Positions 49,401 through 61,770 of a stretch of 64,000 nt of DNA are shown in pieces. The position numbers and the translations under genes were made by a program. The stretch comes from Raillietiella orientalis (Eukaryota), in contig JAYWIR010000045.1 in the NCBI GenBank assembly GCA_036172245.1, forward strand, positions 124,001 to 188,000. Reading direction: 5' to 3'. Positions within the stretch are counted from its first letter, which is position 1, and the number at the start of each line of letters is the position of its first letter. A model generated the notes under the pieces. The model saw only the letters and a program-made list of their open reading frames with translations. It had not been told where the DNA came from and searched no databases.

Positions 49401-50299
49401 CCTAGCTATCAGGTGCGCTCTTCTCACTCACGCTTCGACCAGCTAGTCACGCTTCAGGCCCTCGACGAACGTTGCCCATTCTAAGTCGTCTCGAATGCCG
49501 CTGGGCGCGTACACGTTCGTGGTGATGAGGTCGATCGCGTCGGACTACTTGACCACAAGCTGTCCACCTCAACCATGCAGGGAGCGACTAGCCTCCAGGT
49601 AGACTCCGATCCCCTCGTTGTCCATTCCCTCCTCGGAGTCGGAGCGTGACTTTCTTCAGTCCCGCATTCCCACACTCATGGCTGCGTCGTTTCAGGATGC
49701 CGGCTCTTCCCCTTCTCCAGGGGCATCACACGCCGGGAAGTCTTTGACTTCCGGCGCAGTGCGGCGACAGAGGATAAGCTTTCATCTTCTTGACCGGGGC
49801 CCGAGATTTCGGACCCCTTCCTGGGCCTTATGAATTCCTTATGAATCGAAAAACAAATAAACAAAAAGAAGTTCATCAGGGGAGGACTCGCCGACTCGCA
49901 GGACGGAGAAGAAATTGCCTACAGCATTGCGGGGGTGAGGGGATGGACAAATAAATAAATCTTCGGTGGTCAGAGAAGGAGGCACTGGGATTGCTTCCTG
50001 TTTTCTGAATTGTTCATGCGATGTTGCAGATCTCCCTGATAACTTCCTGTTTCAGATGAGGCAGCCTGCTTGCTTTCTTCAGAAAGACCATAGCAATGCA
50101 AGCAGCCTCTCTCTCTCGCTGATGCAATTCCAGCGAGCATCGGGAGGTGAGGATGCCGCAGATGCAACACAAAGTCGCAATCACAGCGCAGCTGACAACC
50201 CGTCTCGGATAAAGAAACGGCACGGCAGACCATCCGGCGCATCTTCCGGGTGGAGAAGGACCGATGTCAGCCTCTTCCCGAAGGACAGATGACGCCTCA

Positions 50300-50902
50300 G
50301 TTCATCAGCAGGTAGGGGAGCGATTGGATCTCCCTGCGCCTGGGAGACTCCGTAGACGTGGTGTATGAGCTCGTTTCAGGGAAGACCGCAATGCAAGAAC
50401 AGCACAACGTCGTGTTTCTGCCGGAGAGAGCACAGAAGAATCAAACACACGGGAGGGACAGAGAGAGTTGCCTTTAAAAGGCAGAGAGTGCTCTCGACCC
50501 GTTCCAAGGTGGCAAGTTCGTCTTGGACTCTGTGTGGCACCTTCGTCGTCCCCTCTTTTTTGTTTGTCCACCCCCTTACTCGGCCAAGCTCCAGGTGCGA
50601 CGCATGTTCAGGAACCGATCCAGGCGAACAGTGATCCCTTCACTTCCCTCCCTTCCCCTGAAAACATCTCCCCTCCCCCTCTTTTTTTTTTTTTCTTTCC
50701 ATTCTTTCTGTTTATTTTTGTTTTGTCTTTCCATTCCCCTTCGCCGTCGGAGAGGACCTCACCGGTCTGTGTACCGGTTGATGGCAAGTCTCCCGAGCGT
50801 GGTAGCACCAAGTGTTCCACCACGAAAACATTCGGACGACTTTATCATGGAATTTTTGTGTACAAAAATTCTCATAATAAATGGCCCGGCATATCCGGGT
50901 GA
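50300..50902 (+). mobile_element. LINE 3' end
   Basis: 'cagtgatccctt' stop context (~50628), T-rich UTR, AATAAA 50876-50881 and a cccgg-catat-ccggg hairpin. Confidence 0.7.
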
Positions 50903-51765
50903 TGAACTTCCAGCGCGCCACGAGGCTTCGGCTTCCCGCTGAGGCAGTTAGCCTCGCTTCTAAAACCGCATCCGTGGATCTCCTGCCGCCCAACGAACTT
51001 GAACGCGTGGCGGCAGGAGGTGTTATCGTCTTGGGCGACGCAACAGGAAGTGCCGCTTGTGGAACTTCCGTTGCGTTCACCTTTCCCCCTATCTTCCATT
51101 GGAGAATGTGATTCAAGACCAGGAAAAGTGGACTCATCTGGCCTCCACGCCCCTTGTCGCAGTGTCACCTGCCCTAAGGGCAAGCGATGAGAGTTGCATA
51201 TCGGCGAAGTGGAAGGTCGCCTGCACGATCGCAGGAGAAACCGACCCATGGGCGGCTGGAAGACGTGCGAGCTAACAGACGCCGCCACTCCTCGTCATTA
51301 CGCATAGCGACTCCTACGGTGGAGTCAACTCTTGAGTGTGCCTCCCGAAGATCTTGTGATCCCTGCCTGGGCGTGGACACGTCTGTGTTCCTCCTTCGAT
51401 GGGAACAGAACGTGCTTGAGCTGGTGCATTCGGGTTTCCATTGCAATCAGCGCGCAAACCTCTCTTCCTTGGTTGTGGTGTCAGGCATTGCAGTTTATGC
51501 CAACACCGAGTCTCCACAAGCTCTCCCTCACTCACGAATTAAGTGAACACCCACCAGCCGGAAGCGAACAAGCAACACGTCCGTTCCCCTGGGATGATAG
51601 GAATCCTTCTGGGTTCTTCTGTTTTCGCTACTTTCCTTTCAGATTCTTTCTTTTTTCGGGTCTGGAAGATTGCTGAAGAACCATTCGCCTCCTTAGAGAG
51701 ACCTCACGAAGCTCTTTAACACTGTCCACGCCACCTAAGGATGCGTGTAACTCTTCAAATAAGGA

Positions 51766-53190
51766 TTTATCACCCAGACACGCCGGGACGTTTATCATTA
51801 AAAAATAATAAACATACATGTGTAGGACCGTCGGCCCTACACGTCCAAAAATGTTCAGTGTCCTTTCCAGGATGCTGGCAGTTTCCATCCGTGTATGTCC
51901 CAGGTGAGGCCATCCTGCTGACGTCCGCAGGAAGTGTAGGGCAAAGCAGATGGCGTCCCTATCCTGCTGTCCTCCTTTCGCGTATCTCCAGATCGCCACA
52001 ATCCCTCTTAGGCCGTTCCTCGACACGGTTCTACGCCACCCGAGGGTGGATAATTCTTCAAAATAGGTGTTACTCCGGGAGGGCTCCATCCTATGGATCC
52101 AGGAAGGTCTCGGATCCCGTTCCTCTCACGCCTGGAGAGGGATTCCTGGAAATGGAATCACCTCCACCCTGGTTGTCTCCGAAAGGGAATCCAGAAGGAT
52201 CGAGAAGGCAGCAAAGAGCTGCTAGGGATGCGACAGACGAAAGGGCATTGAGCACGAAGAGGAGCTTGAAAACGTCTCTGGGTTGGCCCGTTTGTGCACC
52301 TAGGGCCGTTGCGTAACGCAACCAGAATGACCGGAGGGTAGCACGGTCTACAAGAAGATGCGAGAGAAATTCCCGTTCCCCGCATCTGCAACAGTTGAGG
52401 TCCACAGCCCCCCAGGTCCAGTGAGACCGGCGGGCGTTGCACAGGGGACCGCAGTACAACAGCAGAAGTGCTGACTCCTTCCACTTGAGGGGGAGGACCT
52501 GATTGCTCTTCAGCAACTGGGGGCCACTCGATGTCTTTCTGTGAGATTTCCAGCAGCTCACCCCAGCGCAATAGTCTTTTCGGTGGGGCACTTCGGTTCG
52601 CAACGTCCGTGAACCTGTCCATGGTTCAATCATCTAAGCTCTTCGTGTTCTGACTGATTTCGCAACCGACCTCTCATTTGGCCGGCTGGTTACTGACCAG
52701 GTGCTCCCTGAGGGTAGGCAGTGCCGTGGTCGGAGAGGTTCTTTGCGTCCACGCACACTGGTGGGCTGCATGATGACGTCCTTCAGCGAGCAGTTGTAGA
52801 AGGAGTGCAGCAGTCGCTGCCTCATCTCCAGGTTCTCTTCGTTAATCTTGACCCACGTGCGAACGGTTTCCTGCACCCAGGCACTACCGTTCGCTAGCCG
52901 GCAGAAGATGCGGTTGTTGGTCCTGGTCAGCGTGGCCACTCTCTGGAGCTCCAGTCTGCAGCTGGACACGTTGCGTCTGCGCCGCCGCGCCAGGAACGAA
53001 GACAGTACCGCGTAGCCGGCGGCTGGCTCGACCAGGTATCTTGCAGACTCGCACCGATTCGTGCTCCAAAGCTACGCCAATAGGGCAAGCGTCCTCCACT
53101 GGAGCTCGAAGAAATCTTCGAGCGCCGAGTCTGGAGTCGACATAGGAGCAGCAGCAGAAGATCGTCCGCATACACTGAGACGGCAGGTGT
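51766..53190 (-). mobile_element. Family A LINE copy retaining the RT catalytic motif
   Basis: Minus-strand 'YADDL' (~53158-53172), 'CKIPG' (KILG-like), knuckle 'NCCRCGEREFLSHLLVD', 3'UTR and terminal hairpin. Confidence 0.85.
52015..52205 (+). mobile_element. Module B fragment inserted into the family A copy
   Basis: Matches 53200-53345 ('ccctggttgtctcc'). It interrupts family A sequence that is contiguous at 5335-5365. Confidence 0.7.
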
Positions 53191-54599
53191 GTCTACAACT
53201 TAGGAAGTTATACGGAAAGAAACCACCATGTGGATTCAGGAAGGGCACCAGAGAAAGGAGTCTGTTCCCTTTTCGCTTGGGAGCGAACCCCGAAGGGAAT
53301 ACTCCTTTGCCCTGGTTGTCTCCAAAAGAAATTCCAAAGCGAACCTCTCGCTTGTTCTCTTCAGAGGTATCTATTAGAAGGGGCCACTCTCTCGTTTCTT
53401 CTCTGGAGGGAACCTGAAAGAGAACCGCTCCCTGTCTTCCTCTAAAGAGAATTCCGAGGGGACGCTACCCAATTTCACCGAAGGTTTCTCTCTGAAGGGA
53501 GCACAGCACTTAACACTGTGGAAAGGCAACTCCCGAGGAAGGTATCAACCAGCTCCGTAGCACAAGATGACGGTCCCACATTGAGGTTAGGGGGGGGGGG
53601 GATACAGCTCCATTTGCACAACCGGAGGAGAACCCCTGAGGAAACCGTCCCCTTGATTCCTGGAAGGCCCCTGGAGAGTTGACTTCTGATCCCTTCCTCT
53701 CAACAGGGGCATCCGGCTTCCAGCTTCCATCAGTGCTGCACCGAAAGCCTGTAGGGCAGCCAGCATTATCCGGCAAAAGAGATTCGAAATTCACCATTTC
53801 TCGACGCCGACCCTTCCCCGGCTGGGATTCGAACCCTTAACGCTCGGCAGGTAGAAAAAATGTGAAGGATGCGCGAAATCTTTCCTTCCCTTTGGAATTT
53901 TTTGTACTCCAAGAATTCCCTTTTGTGTGTATTTTCAAAGCTGGACGGAAAAACTTCCAAATGGTTAGGAGGAAAAATCTCGACTTCCTGATTTTCTTGG
54001 ATCCTGTTCGTCTTGGACGATGGCCCGATGGTGCGCCAAATGCATGTCCGTGCCCGTCCTGTATGCTAGCAATCGTTTCACGTGTTCCGCACGCATGCCA
54101 GGAATCTCTTCCAGCATCTTGTCATTCCTCGGATGTTAGGTCTTCAGGAATACGACAACTAGAGCTCTCACAGACCACGGCACACCTTCGGCGGAGCAAG
54201 AGAAACGCCGGTTCCTGATTACTTATGCGCCTTCTATCTTCATGATCCTTCGAGAACCGCTGCCTTGTTCTCGCAGGTCAAGGAACACCGATCTGGATGA
54301 CGTGACCCTATCCATGGGGAACCAGGCTCGATCCAAGTCCTTGGTCAACCCCCCACGCCGATCCACTCCAAGAACGAAACCTGCTACTTCCAGTTTTTCC
54401 ATCAGATCCTGTTCGGGATGCTCCTAAGCATGACGCCTCTCCCCTTAGTACGAAGTGCTGGAAGAAAAGCACTCCTTCAGAAGTTCCCTCGACCGATGAA
54501 GGATCAGTAGAGCTTTCCAAACGGAGGCCACGAACACCCGCGTGTCGCAATTGCTGCTCCTACCTACACATTAATTCCTTTCACTGGCTATACCACTTC

Positions 54600-55420
54600 A
54601 CGATGGACCACGAGGACTCGTGCTACATCGACTGAGCTTTGAGCGTCGAAAACTCAAGGTTTTCGGTCTCTGCACGAGTCATTCATCACCATTGTCATCC
54701 ACATCGTCGTACACATAATCGACATAGCTCCCTTCTCTCTCCAGTTGGTCCAAGGCAAGGCACCATCGAGCATGATGACCCCTCGGTGCTCATGGACACC
54801 CGCACCCTCCCCTTGAAGTTGCAAGAGTTGATGTTGCTGCTGCTGCTCAGGAGTCACTCGTACGCCGCCCGCCGGCATCACTGGACGCAGGAATGTGTGG
54901 ACCCAAACTGTGTCAGGTGCGAGAGCGTGAATCCCTCCCCCACCTGTGGACTGTTGTGCCCTTCGGTCCCTTTGAGGACTCTTTGCTGCGGCCCTTGGAA
55001 CCCCCGGAGGCAACGCTAGAGACATTTTCAAGCGTCTCTTCCTACGAGATGTCCTCACGATGGTCACATCCCTAGCAGCACTACGCGAGATCGTGGCTGC
55101 ATAGAACAAGGCAACAAGGGGACCCAGCGATAGGTGCCATCTATTTCGCTGTTCGCTTCATGAGATGGCAACGCAATGGCCCCACCTGGACAGGATTATC
55201 CAGCAAGACCTTGCCGGCATCCAACAGAGGATGCACAGGACTGCCACCAGCAGACAGTGATCCCTTCCCGTACCTCCCAAAGTATATTTATTTTTATTTT
55301 TGCTTTCTTTTTTTCTTTTTGTATTCCTCCTTCCCTCTGCTGCCGTGGTGGACCGCGCCGGTCTGCGAACCAGTGACCCGGTAGTCCTCCCTTAAATTTT
55401 GCTTGAGTGGATAACGACAG
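54600..55420 (+). mobile_element. Family A LINE 3' part
   Basis: 'LPLKLQE...RRHHWTQECVDPNCVRCES', 'cagacagtgatccc' and a T-rich UTR homologous to 5560-6130. Confidence 0.85.
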
Positions 55421-56339
55421 AGGTGTTTCGCGGTTGCCTCTTCGAGTGCGACTCGGTGTCGCTGACAGCTTCCCTTGCAGCTCCGTGCTGCCTTCGTGAG
55501 ATTGGGGCGGCAAGCCGCGCCGAAAGAGGCCAGTCGAACGGTGAGTTCGTCCCGATCGCCTGCTTCTTCATGAGAAAAGCGACAAGGTGGCCACATCCCT
55601 GCCAACGAGAGGAAGAAGGAGACAGGACCCGAGTTCTCCTGGGGGGTACACACCGAGCAGATCGCTCAACCGAAGGAGTCCCTTTGCTCGGAGATGAGGA
55701 GTGGCGGCGTTCACCAATTCGTTCTCCATGCAGTCGTCAATGAGTTTCTCGACTCCTGCAAAGGAGGAAGTTACCAGCATTTTCCAGAGGATGCTGAGGA
55801 CTCCAAGGAGAGATCTGTGTGATCCCTTTCCTTCCCTCCCCAACACATTTCTAAACGGAACTTTCGTGTTTTTTTTTTTTTTTTGGTTTATCCTTCCCCT
55901 CACTTCTGTGAGAGCCTCGTCGGGGCAGCTGCTTACGAGAAGCAGTGCCTCCGAGGCATTTACCTTCGTAGTGGTCACGTGAAATCTAGAAGAAACGAAG
56001 ATACGAAGAAAGGCATTTCTGTATTGTATATGACTGTTTTCTCCTGTGAGTGTTTTGTACAATAAACGTCCCGGCATGGCTGGGTAAGGATGCTTAATGA
56101 TTCAAGGTGACAATGATAGATCAGACCTTTTGTTTTCTTCTCGCGGTCACGAGCATCGGGACGGGCACATCTGACTCGGCGAGCATGGACCCGGCTCGTC
56201 CTTGCGACGAACAGCAAGTGGTCTACAGCAGAAAAGAAACAGCATCTTTGCGAGAAGCGGCAAAGGGATCAGCAACGCTAAAGTCAGCAACCGCGGCTGC
56301 GAGTTCAGAATCGCAGTCGGCGGGTAGCGCTCTTCTTTG

Positions 56340-57000
56340 AAAACGTCTGGAGCTCCATGCGACTGGAACCATCTTGCTTGTATGCTTCGTCCCGCTTCCC
56401 TTCCGAAAGCTCTCTCCGTGGAATCCATCATGAGGGGAAGATGCGTGGCGATCGTCCAGGAGTTACACGACCTGAGTAAAGAACGCATCCGAGAAGCTGA
56501 AGTGGCTCAAAGTCGCAGAGTGCCCTCAGACGAACTTCAGGTGACGGAGAACAAAAAGCAGCTGGGACGTGGGCGAAGACGAGAGGGAGGAGCCGGGGAA
56601 GAATGCAACGTCTGCGTCACTCCCGCTGCTCTTGCTGCTCGCCGAACGAGATGATGGACTGCCTGAGGAAGATCCCTTGGGCCCAACAAAACCTTCTTGC
56701 TGCAAAGCCCTCTGCCTTGTGGTTCCTGCGAAAAGCCAGGACAGCCGTCAGCTTTCTGGATGGGGAATAAACTGCGAGGCTGCAGGAAGGAAAGAAAGAT
56801 CGGGATGTTGGACGGCTTGTCGGCTGGCTGACGCTTCCACCCCCATCGTCCTCATCTGCAGTCTGATCTTGTGGAAGGTCAGGATGCCTCAGCCGGCATC
56901 CTGGCGAGGCATCACAGAGTCCTTCAGTCGGGACGAGACGGAAGGGACTCCCCTTTCGTCCCGACTGAAGGTCCACTGCTCTATTCGCTTCCTGACATTC
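56340..57000 (+). pseudogene. Possible PHD-finger relic
   Basis: 'APCDWNHLACM' (cf. CxxWxHxxC), 'EECNVC...LLLL', 'INCEA' and 'VLICS' in mixed frames. Confidence 0.3.
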
Positions 57001-57837
57001 CTTATTTCTTTCCATTCTGTGAATAGCAGTCAAACCGCTCCACCTGGGAAGCATGCAGATGGAGCTCGCCAGCATCTTCGGATGGATGCCGAGGACGCTT
57101 CAGAGAAGACAGCGATCCTTTCTCTAAACTACCAAATTTTCTGCATTCATTTCGATCCAATCCTGTTGGTTTCGTTTTTGTTTTCCTATTCGCTTTCTTC
57201 CCCTCCCCTTCACTTCTCCTAGAGGCCGAGGCGACCCTCCCCGGTATGCGCACCGAGACCTTGACAGGTTTCTTGCGTAGATGGGAGTGATAGGACAACG
57301 TGACCTACCACACTAGGTTTGTATGTTTTCCTCAAAGAACGGCCTGACAGCCACTGGCAAACCTGTCCAGTGGCTTCTAGGATAGGGACATCTAAACTGG
57401 AAACCTTCCCGCTTGACCGTAGGCCTGCTGTCGGGACTCCGGCGACGTGGCAAGGGGCAGGAACATCTCCGACGGTGATGCACAAGGACGCAAATGCACT
57501 TGAAAGCGAGGATCCCAAGATCTCACGGCGAGTTTCGCAACTCGCGTGCATCCTCGCATCAGAATTCTTTCTGATGACCTTCCCTTTTCCAAACCGCCGC
57601 ATCACGTCCCGAGCAGAGCCACTCCCAGAGGCTTCCCATGACGATGGACTCATCTCCGAGCAGCGAGGGACAGCGCTTAGCCTCTCCCCGGTCTTTCACA
57701 ACCGTCTCCTGTTTTTTCGCACCTACCCCAGAAACGAGCAGGAGATTTCTGCCAACTCTTCCCTCCTCCTTCCTTCCCCGAAAAGCCTGATGTTCCGATT
57801 CTCGCGCCGGACCAAGTCCGGCGGTTGGCGTGTCGTC

Positions 57838-60150
57838 GGTTTCGAGTTCCCTCCTCAAGATGACGCTGGCTGGTCCATGGAGTTCGGGTGCAGCACTGGT
57901 TTTTCACCCGGGTTCGCCGAAGTGTTTATTTAAGATAAATAAACACAATTTCTGTGGCTGGACCACAGGCCCAACCACGTCTTTTCCGTAGATACCCTGC
58001 CGTGATACCGGTTTGCAGACCGGTGAGGACCACAATGGCAGCAGAGGGTAGGAGCCAAGCAAAAAGAAAAACAAATGAAACAAAAATGAAACAATTTTGG
58101 GGTGTTAGAGAAGGGATCACAGCCTGCTGGGGGCGATCCTCTGCATCCTTGGAGGATGCTGGCAAGGTCACGTTTCTCCACCGAGTGAGGCACTGGTAGA
58201 ATGCCTCCGTTGAGTGGCAGGAATTTGGAAATTGACCCTCTAGGGTCCTTCTAGGAATCAAGGGGACGGTTCCCTTCGTGGTTACCCTCCGCTTGTGAAA
58301 ATGGGGCCGTGACTCTCGTCAGGTTGGGACCGCCATCTCGTGCCATGGAGCTGGTCGATACTACCCTTGGGAAGTTGCCTCTCCAGAGTGTGAAGAAGCG
58401 CTCCGCTCCCTTCGGGGAGAGCCCTTCAGAAAAATTAGGAAGCGTCTTTTCGGGGTTCTCTTCAGAGGAGGAGGAAATAGGGAAAGGGTCCTTTCCAGGT
58501 GGTCCATTCAGGAAAGAAATTCTAGGAGCAGATCCTTTCGTGGTTCCCTTCGGAAAGGAAATAATGGAGCGGTTCTCAACAGGAGGTCCCTTCGGAGAGA
58601 ATACGAAAGACGTTCCCCTTCGGGATTCATTCTCAAGTGCAGAGGAAACAGACTCCTTCCTCCGGATCTTCCTGGATTCATAAGGTGGTCCCCAACCGGG
58701 GTGCCTCTTAACTTGAAGAGTAACACCCACAAGTTCTGTAACCTTTTGCCCCATCCCACGTGGCAGCATGCAGCGCTGGTCTTCCTGCCCTCATGGACTT
58801 TCCCTTGCAGCGAGCGCCACCACCCGCCGGTAGAAGAGAAGACGTGTCCCTGAAGTGGGCCAGGTGCAGAGAAGCAGGAACGTTCCCGTGCCTGTCTGCG
58901 GGCTGCGGTGACCTCCAGCGCGTTTGGGGACGACGCCTGGAGGCTGTCCTGCTTCGTCCTGAAAGCTCCTTGCCCCCTAAAGAGCTGCGCCACGTACGAG
59001 GGACCTTCGCCCGCCTCTTTGCTCGCGCTTCTTGCATCTAGCCAGGAGGAGCCGCTGCACGTGAATGAAACGCCAGCAGTGGACGGTGGGGACCCGGAAC
59101 TTCGCTCCGCTGGCGGAAGGGAGCGTGGCCCAAGCGGCTCACTAAAGACAGGGAGCGAAGGGGGGGAAGCTGCCCCCAGCAACGTGCGCGGTCTGGAGAA
59201 GACCCGACGAGCTCGATCGATGTCCTCTTGCCCCTTTTCCTTTATTTCCTTCCGATCTGCACCACCCACGTCACCCCGCCGTCCCCGTCTTCGAACCCGC
59301 GAGTCCACAGTCCATTCCTCCTTCTCAAGTCTTCGTGCTGCACTGGAGCCAGCTTCCTACACAGGGTGTTCCCTTTTGTTTGGAGGGTGATGTGCACTGG
59401 AGCGGCGTCTGGAAGTCGACGGTCAAGACTCCGCCTCGCGGTCCACGCTGCAAGGAAGAGAGAACTCAGCGCTTTTGTATTCCCTGCGTTACAGGCGCTT
59501 CTCACCTTTAGATCGTTGCATCTCCCAAGCGCTCTTCACGAACAATCTCAGGGGAGGCTGGAAGCCGCTAGGGGATTTTCGTGCATCCGGAGCACCCTCT
59601 CGGGAATGTTCGCTGCACCAAAGTATCAGTTTCCTCTCCGCTAGTATTTCTGCCAGTTCTCGGAGCGTCCTCTTCTTCATCACCGCAGGGCTTATTCTAA
59701 TCCGAAGATGATCCCCTGGATCCCTTGAGCTGACGCGGAGGAATGCGCTGACGTCGGCCAAACCGGGACTACGAGTGAGACGAAGATCCCACGGCGGTCG
59801 CCGATGAGGACGCGGCGACTGTCGAAGCCGGAGGTCTATAGGAGCGCGCTCCTCGGATCTCCTGGACGCTCTACGTGCGCTCAATGCAAACTCGGGAGCA
59901 GCATCCCGAGCCCGGTGCGAAAGGATTCCGAGAGGATGCACTGCCTCTTTCCTCTAGCCACACCAGAGAGCCCGCGTCCTTCGCTGCAAACGCGGCTCTC
60001 TGCTATTTTGAAGAAAGCTGAGACGGGGCTGAAAACCTGCGAGTCCACAGTCCACTCCTTCTCGGAGTCTCTGTGCTGCGTTGGAACCAGCTTCCTACAC
60101 GGGGTGTTCCCTTTTCTTTGGAGGGCGACATGCCCTGGAGAGGGGTCAGA
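57838..60150 (-). mobile_element. LINE family C relic (RT pieces, knuckle) with module B
   Basis: Minus strand: 'ITLQTKGN' RT-start relic (duplicated at 59299-59403 and 60040-60140), 'ALEV...RSCFS..GHVF' knuckle relic (~58830-58925), then module B from 58740 down to 57838. Confidence 0.6.
57901..58189 (-). mobile_element. Severely 5'-truncated family A-like LINE insertion with a perfect TSD
   Basis: Flanked by GCACTGGT at 57893-57900 and 58190-58197. Contains only the ORF end, T-rich UTR, AATAAA, hairpin and A tail. The host module B is contiguous at 43510-43590. Confidence 0.9.
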
Positions 60151-60223
60151 TCACCATCAAGCCGATTCCGTATCGATCCAAGTTATTCCCATACAAAACC
60201 CTTCATTGCTCTCCCACCTCCCC

Positions 60224-60257
<34 letters not shown>

Positions 60258-61770
60258 CTTTTACAGATCAAAGGACGTAATTTATCGGCGGCGCCATCTC
60301 TCTAGCAGACGCAGGCAGCGAGCTGAGCCCTCCCCTCTTTCGAAAATCCAATCGCATCTCTTAATTATCTTAATGCCGGATGCTACTCCCACACATCGGG
60401 CGAATCTATCACGGGTTGAAACCCAGGGGTTCGACAGGATCTGCCACCGACCTCCAGAGCTTTGCATCCGCAGCATACCGCCGCCGTTCTTAGTGGCGCG
60501 CCTCCGTGGCGGGGGGAGTCGGCCGCCTCTATCGGGAAGAGCGTTCCGGAGGCTCTCCGCATCGGGACGCGCCGCCGACACCGCCCTCCCAGTGTGACAG
60601 AATGGCTGCGCGCATTCACCCGATCATGAGATGAGACCTTCCTTCCCCTCTCCCCTCGTTAACTGAGGGAAAAGGAGGGGCAGACGACCTGTGAGCTGAG
60701 TGGGTCTCCTGCCCGAAGGCTCGTAGCAGTCGGTTCGTCTTCTCCTCGGACAGAAAATCTCACCCACCCGCGTGCTGTGTCCGGAGCAAGCGACGCTGGG
60801 GAGACCCCTCGTGGGGAGATGAGAAGAGGTCGCTGGGGAGACCAGATCGGTCCTTGTCGCTCGCGTCTCAACGCCGCGACTTCGGCAGCGAGGACGCCGC
60901 TTCTTCCGAGGCCTCTCCCGCGACCTCGATCGAGGACGCGACGCGGGAGGAGTGGTCCTCTTTGAGGAGTCGCCTTTGCCGGCAAGAGAGCAGACGATCC
61001 TCAGCGACCAAGCACTCAGATTGCCTCCCGAGGAACTCGGAGGAGGAGAGCTCTTCTTCCAGCTGGAGTCCGTCTCCAACGCCAGCTCCACCATCGGGTG
61101 GGTGGGGCAGAAAGACCACCGTCGAGAGCGGTGCACGAGAATGCAAACAGGACGCAAAAGTGGGTCTCTGGGCTGCTTGCCGCGGACCCCCTGTTTCCAT
61201 GGAGACGCCTCTCTCTTCTTAAGGTAGTGAGTTCATGAGGGGACGTCCAAGAGCCGGGAACGCAGTACCGCGGTGGAGAGCCAAGGTCTCTTCCACAGGG
61301 AGCAGCAAAGAATAAGGATGAGGAAGGGAGAAGAACCCTCCTGGGCGGAATGCAGGTGCGTGAATCCACTCCAACTCACTTCATCGCTGTGGCCCGGATG
61401 GATCCCACTCACGATTTCGATCCGGACTCACCGCGCCTCCTCCAGCCCGCAGGTGTCCCGAACTTGGCCCTGGAGGAGTCCCTCGTGGTAGCTGTAGGTT
61501 TCCAGAGGACGGTCGGCTCCCTGCTTCGCTCGCGCACCCGAGTCCCGGCTCCCGCTCGCCCAGTCACCGTCTGCCGGTTCCTTTCCCCCTTTACCCGGGA
61601 CGAGAACACGGAGACCAGAAAATACGGCACGAGAACGCTGGAGAGACACGAGGCTCGAGAGGGGGTAAGGAGGACGACAGAGCAAAAAATCGGCCCTCGG
61701 GGGGGCAGCCTCCACCCCAACACCATCTTGCGGAGGAGCAGGAAGATGCATTCGGAGACGTCCGCTTCGA

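Larger units (their letters stand above)
50910..53800 (+). mobile_element. LINE family C relic with module B, split by a nested family A copy
   Basis: 'VIVLGDAT' (GDFN-like), 'RSCDPCLGVDT' knuckle relic and a T-rich tract, then module B at 51640-51765, resuming at 53195-53800. Confidence 0.6.

Noticed and set aside
53800..53870. tRNA gene
   Set aside because: Only a T-arm/B-box is present. I cannot build D, anticodon or acceptor arms.
58400..58680. CRISPR-like spaced repeats in module B
   Set aside because: The repeats are degenerate and irregularly spaced, there are no cas genes, and the context is eukaryotic.
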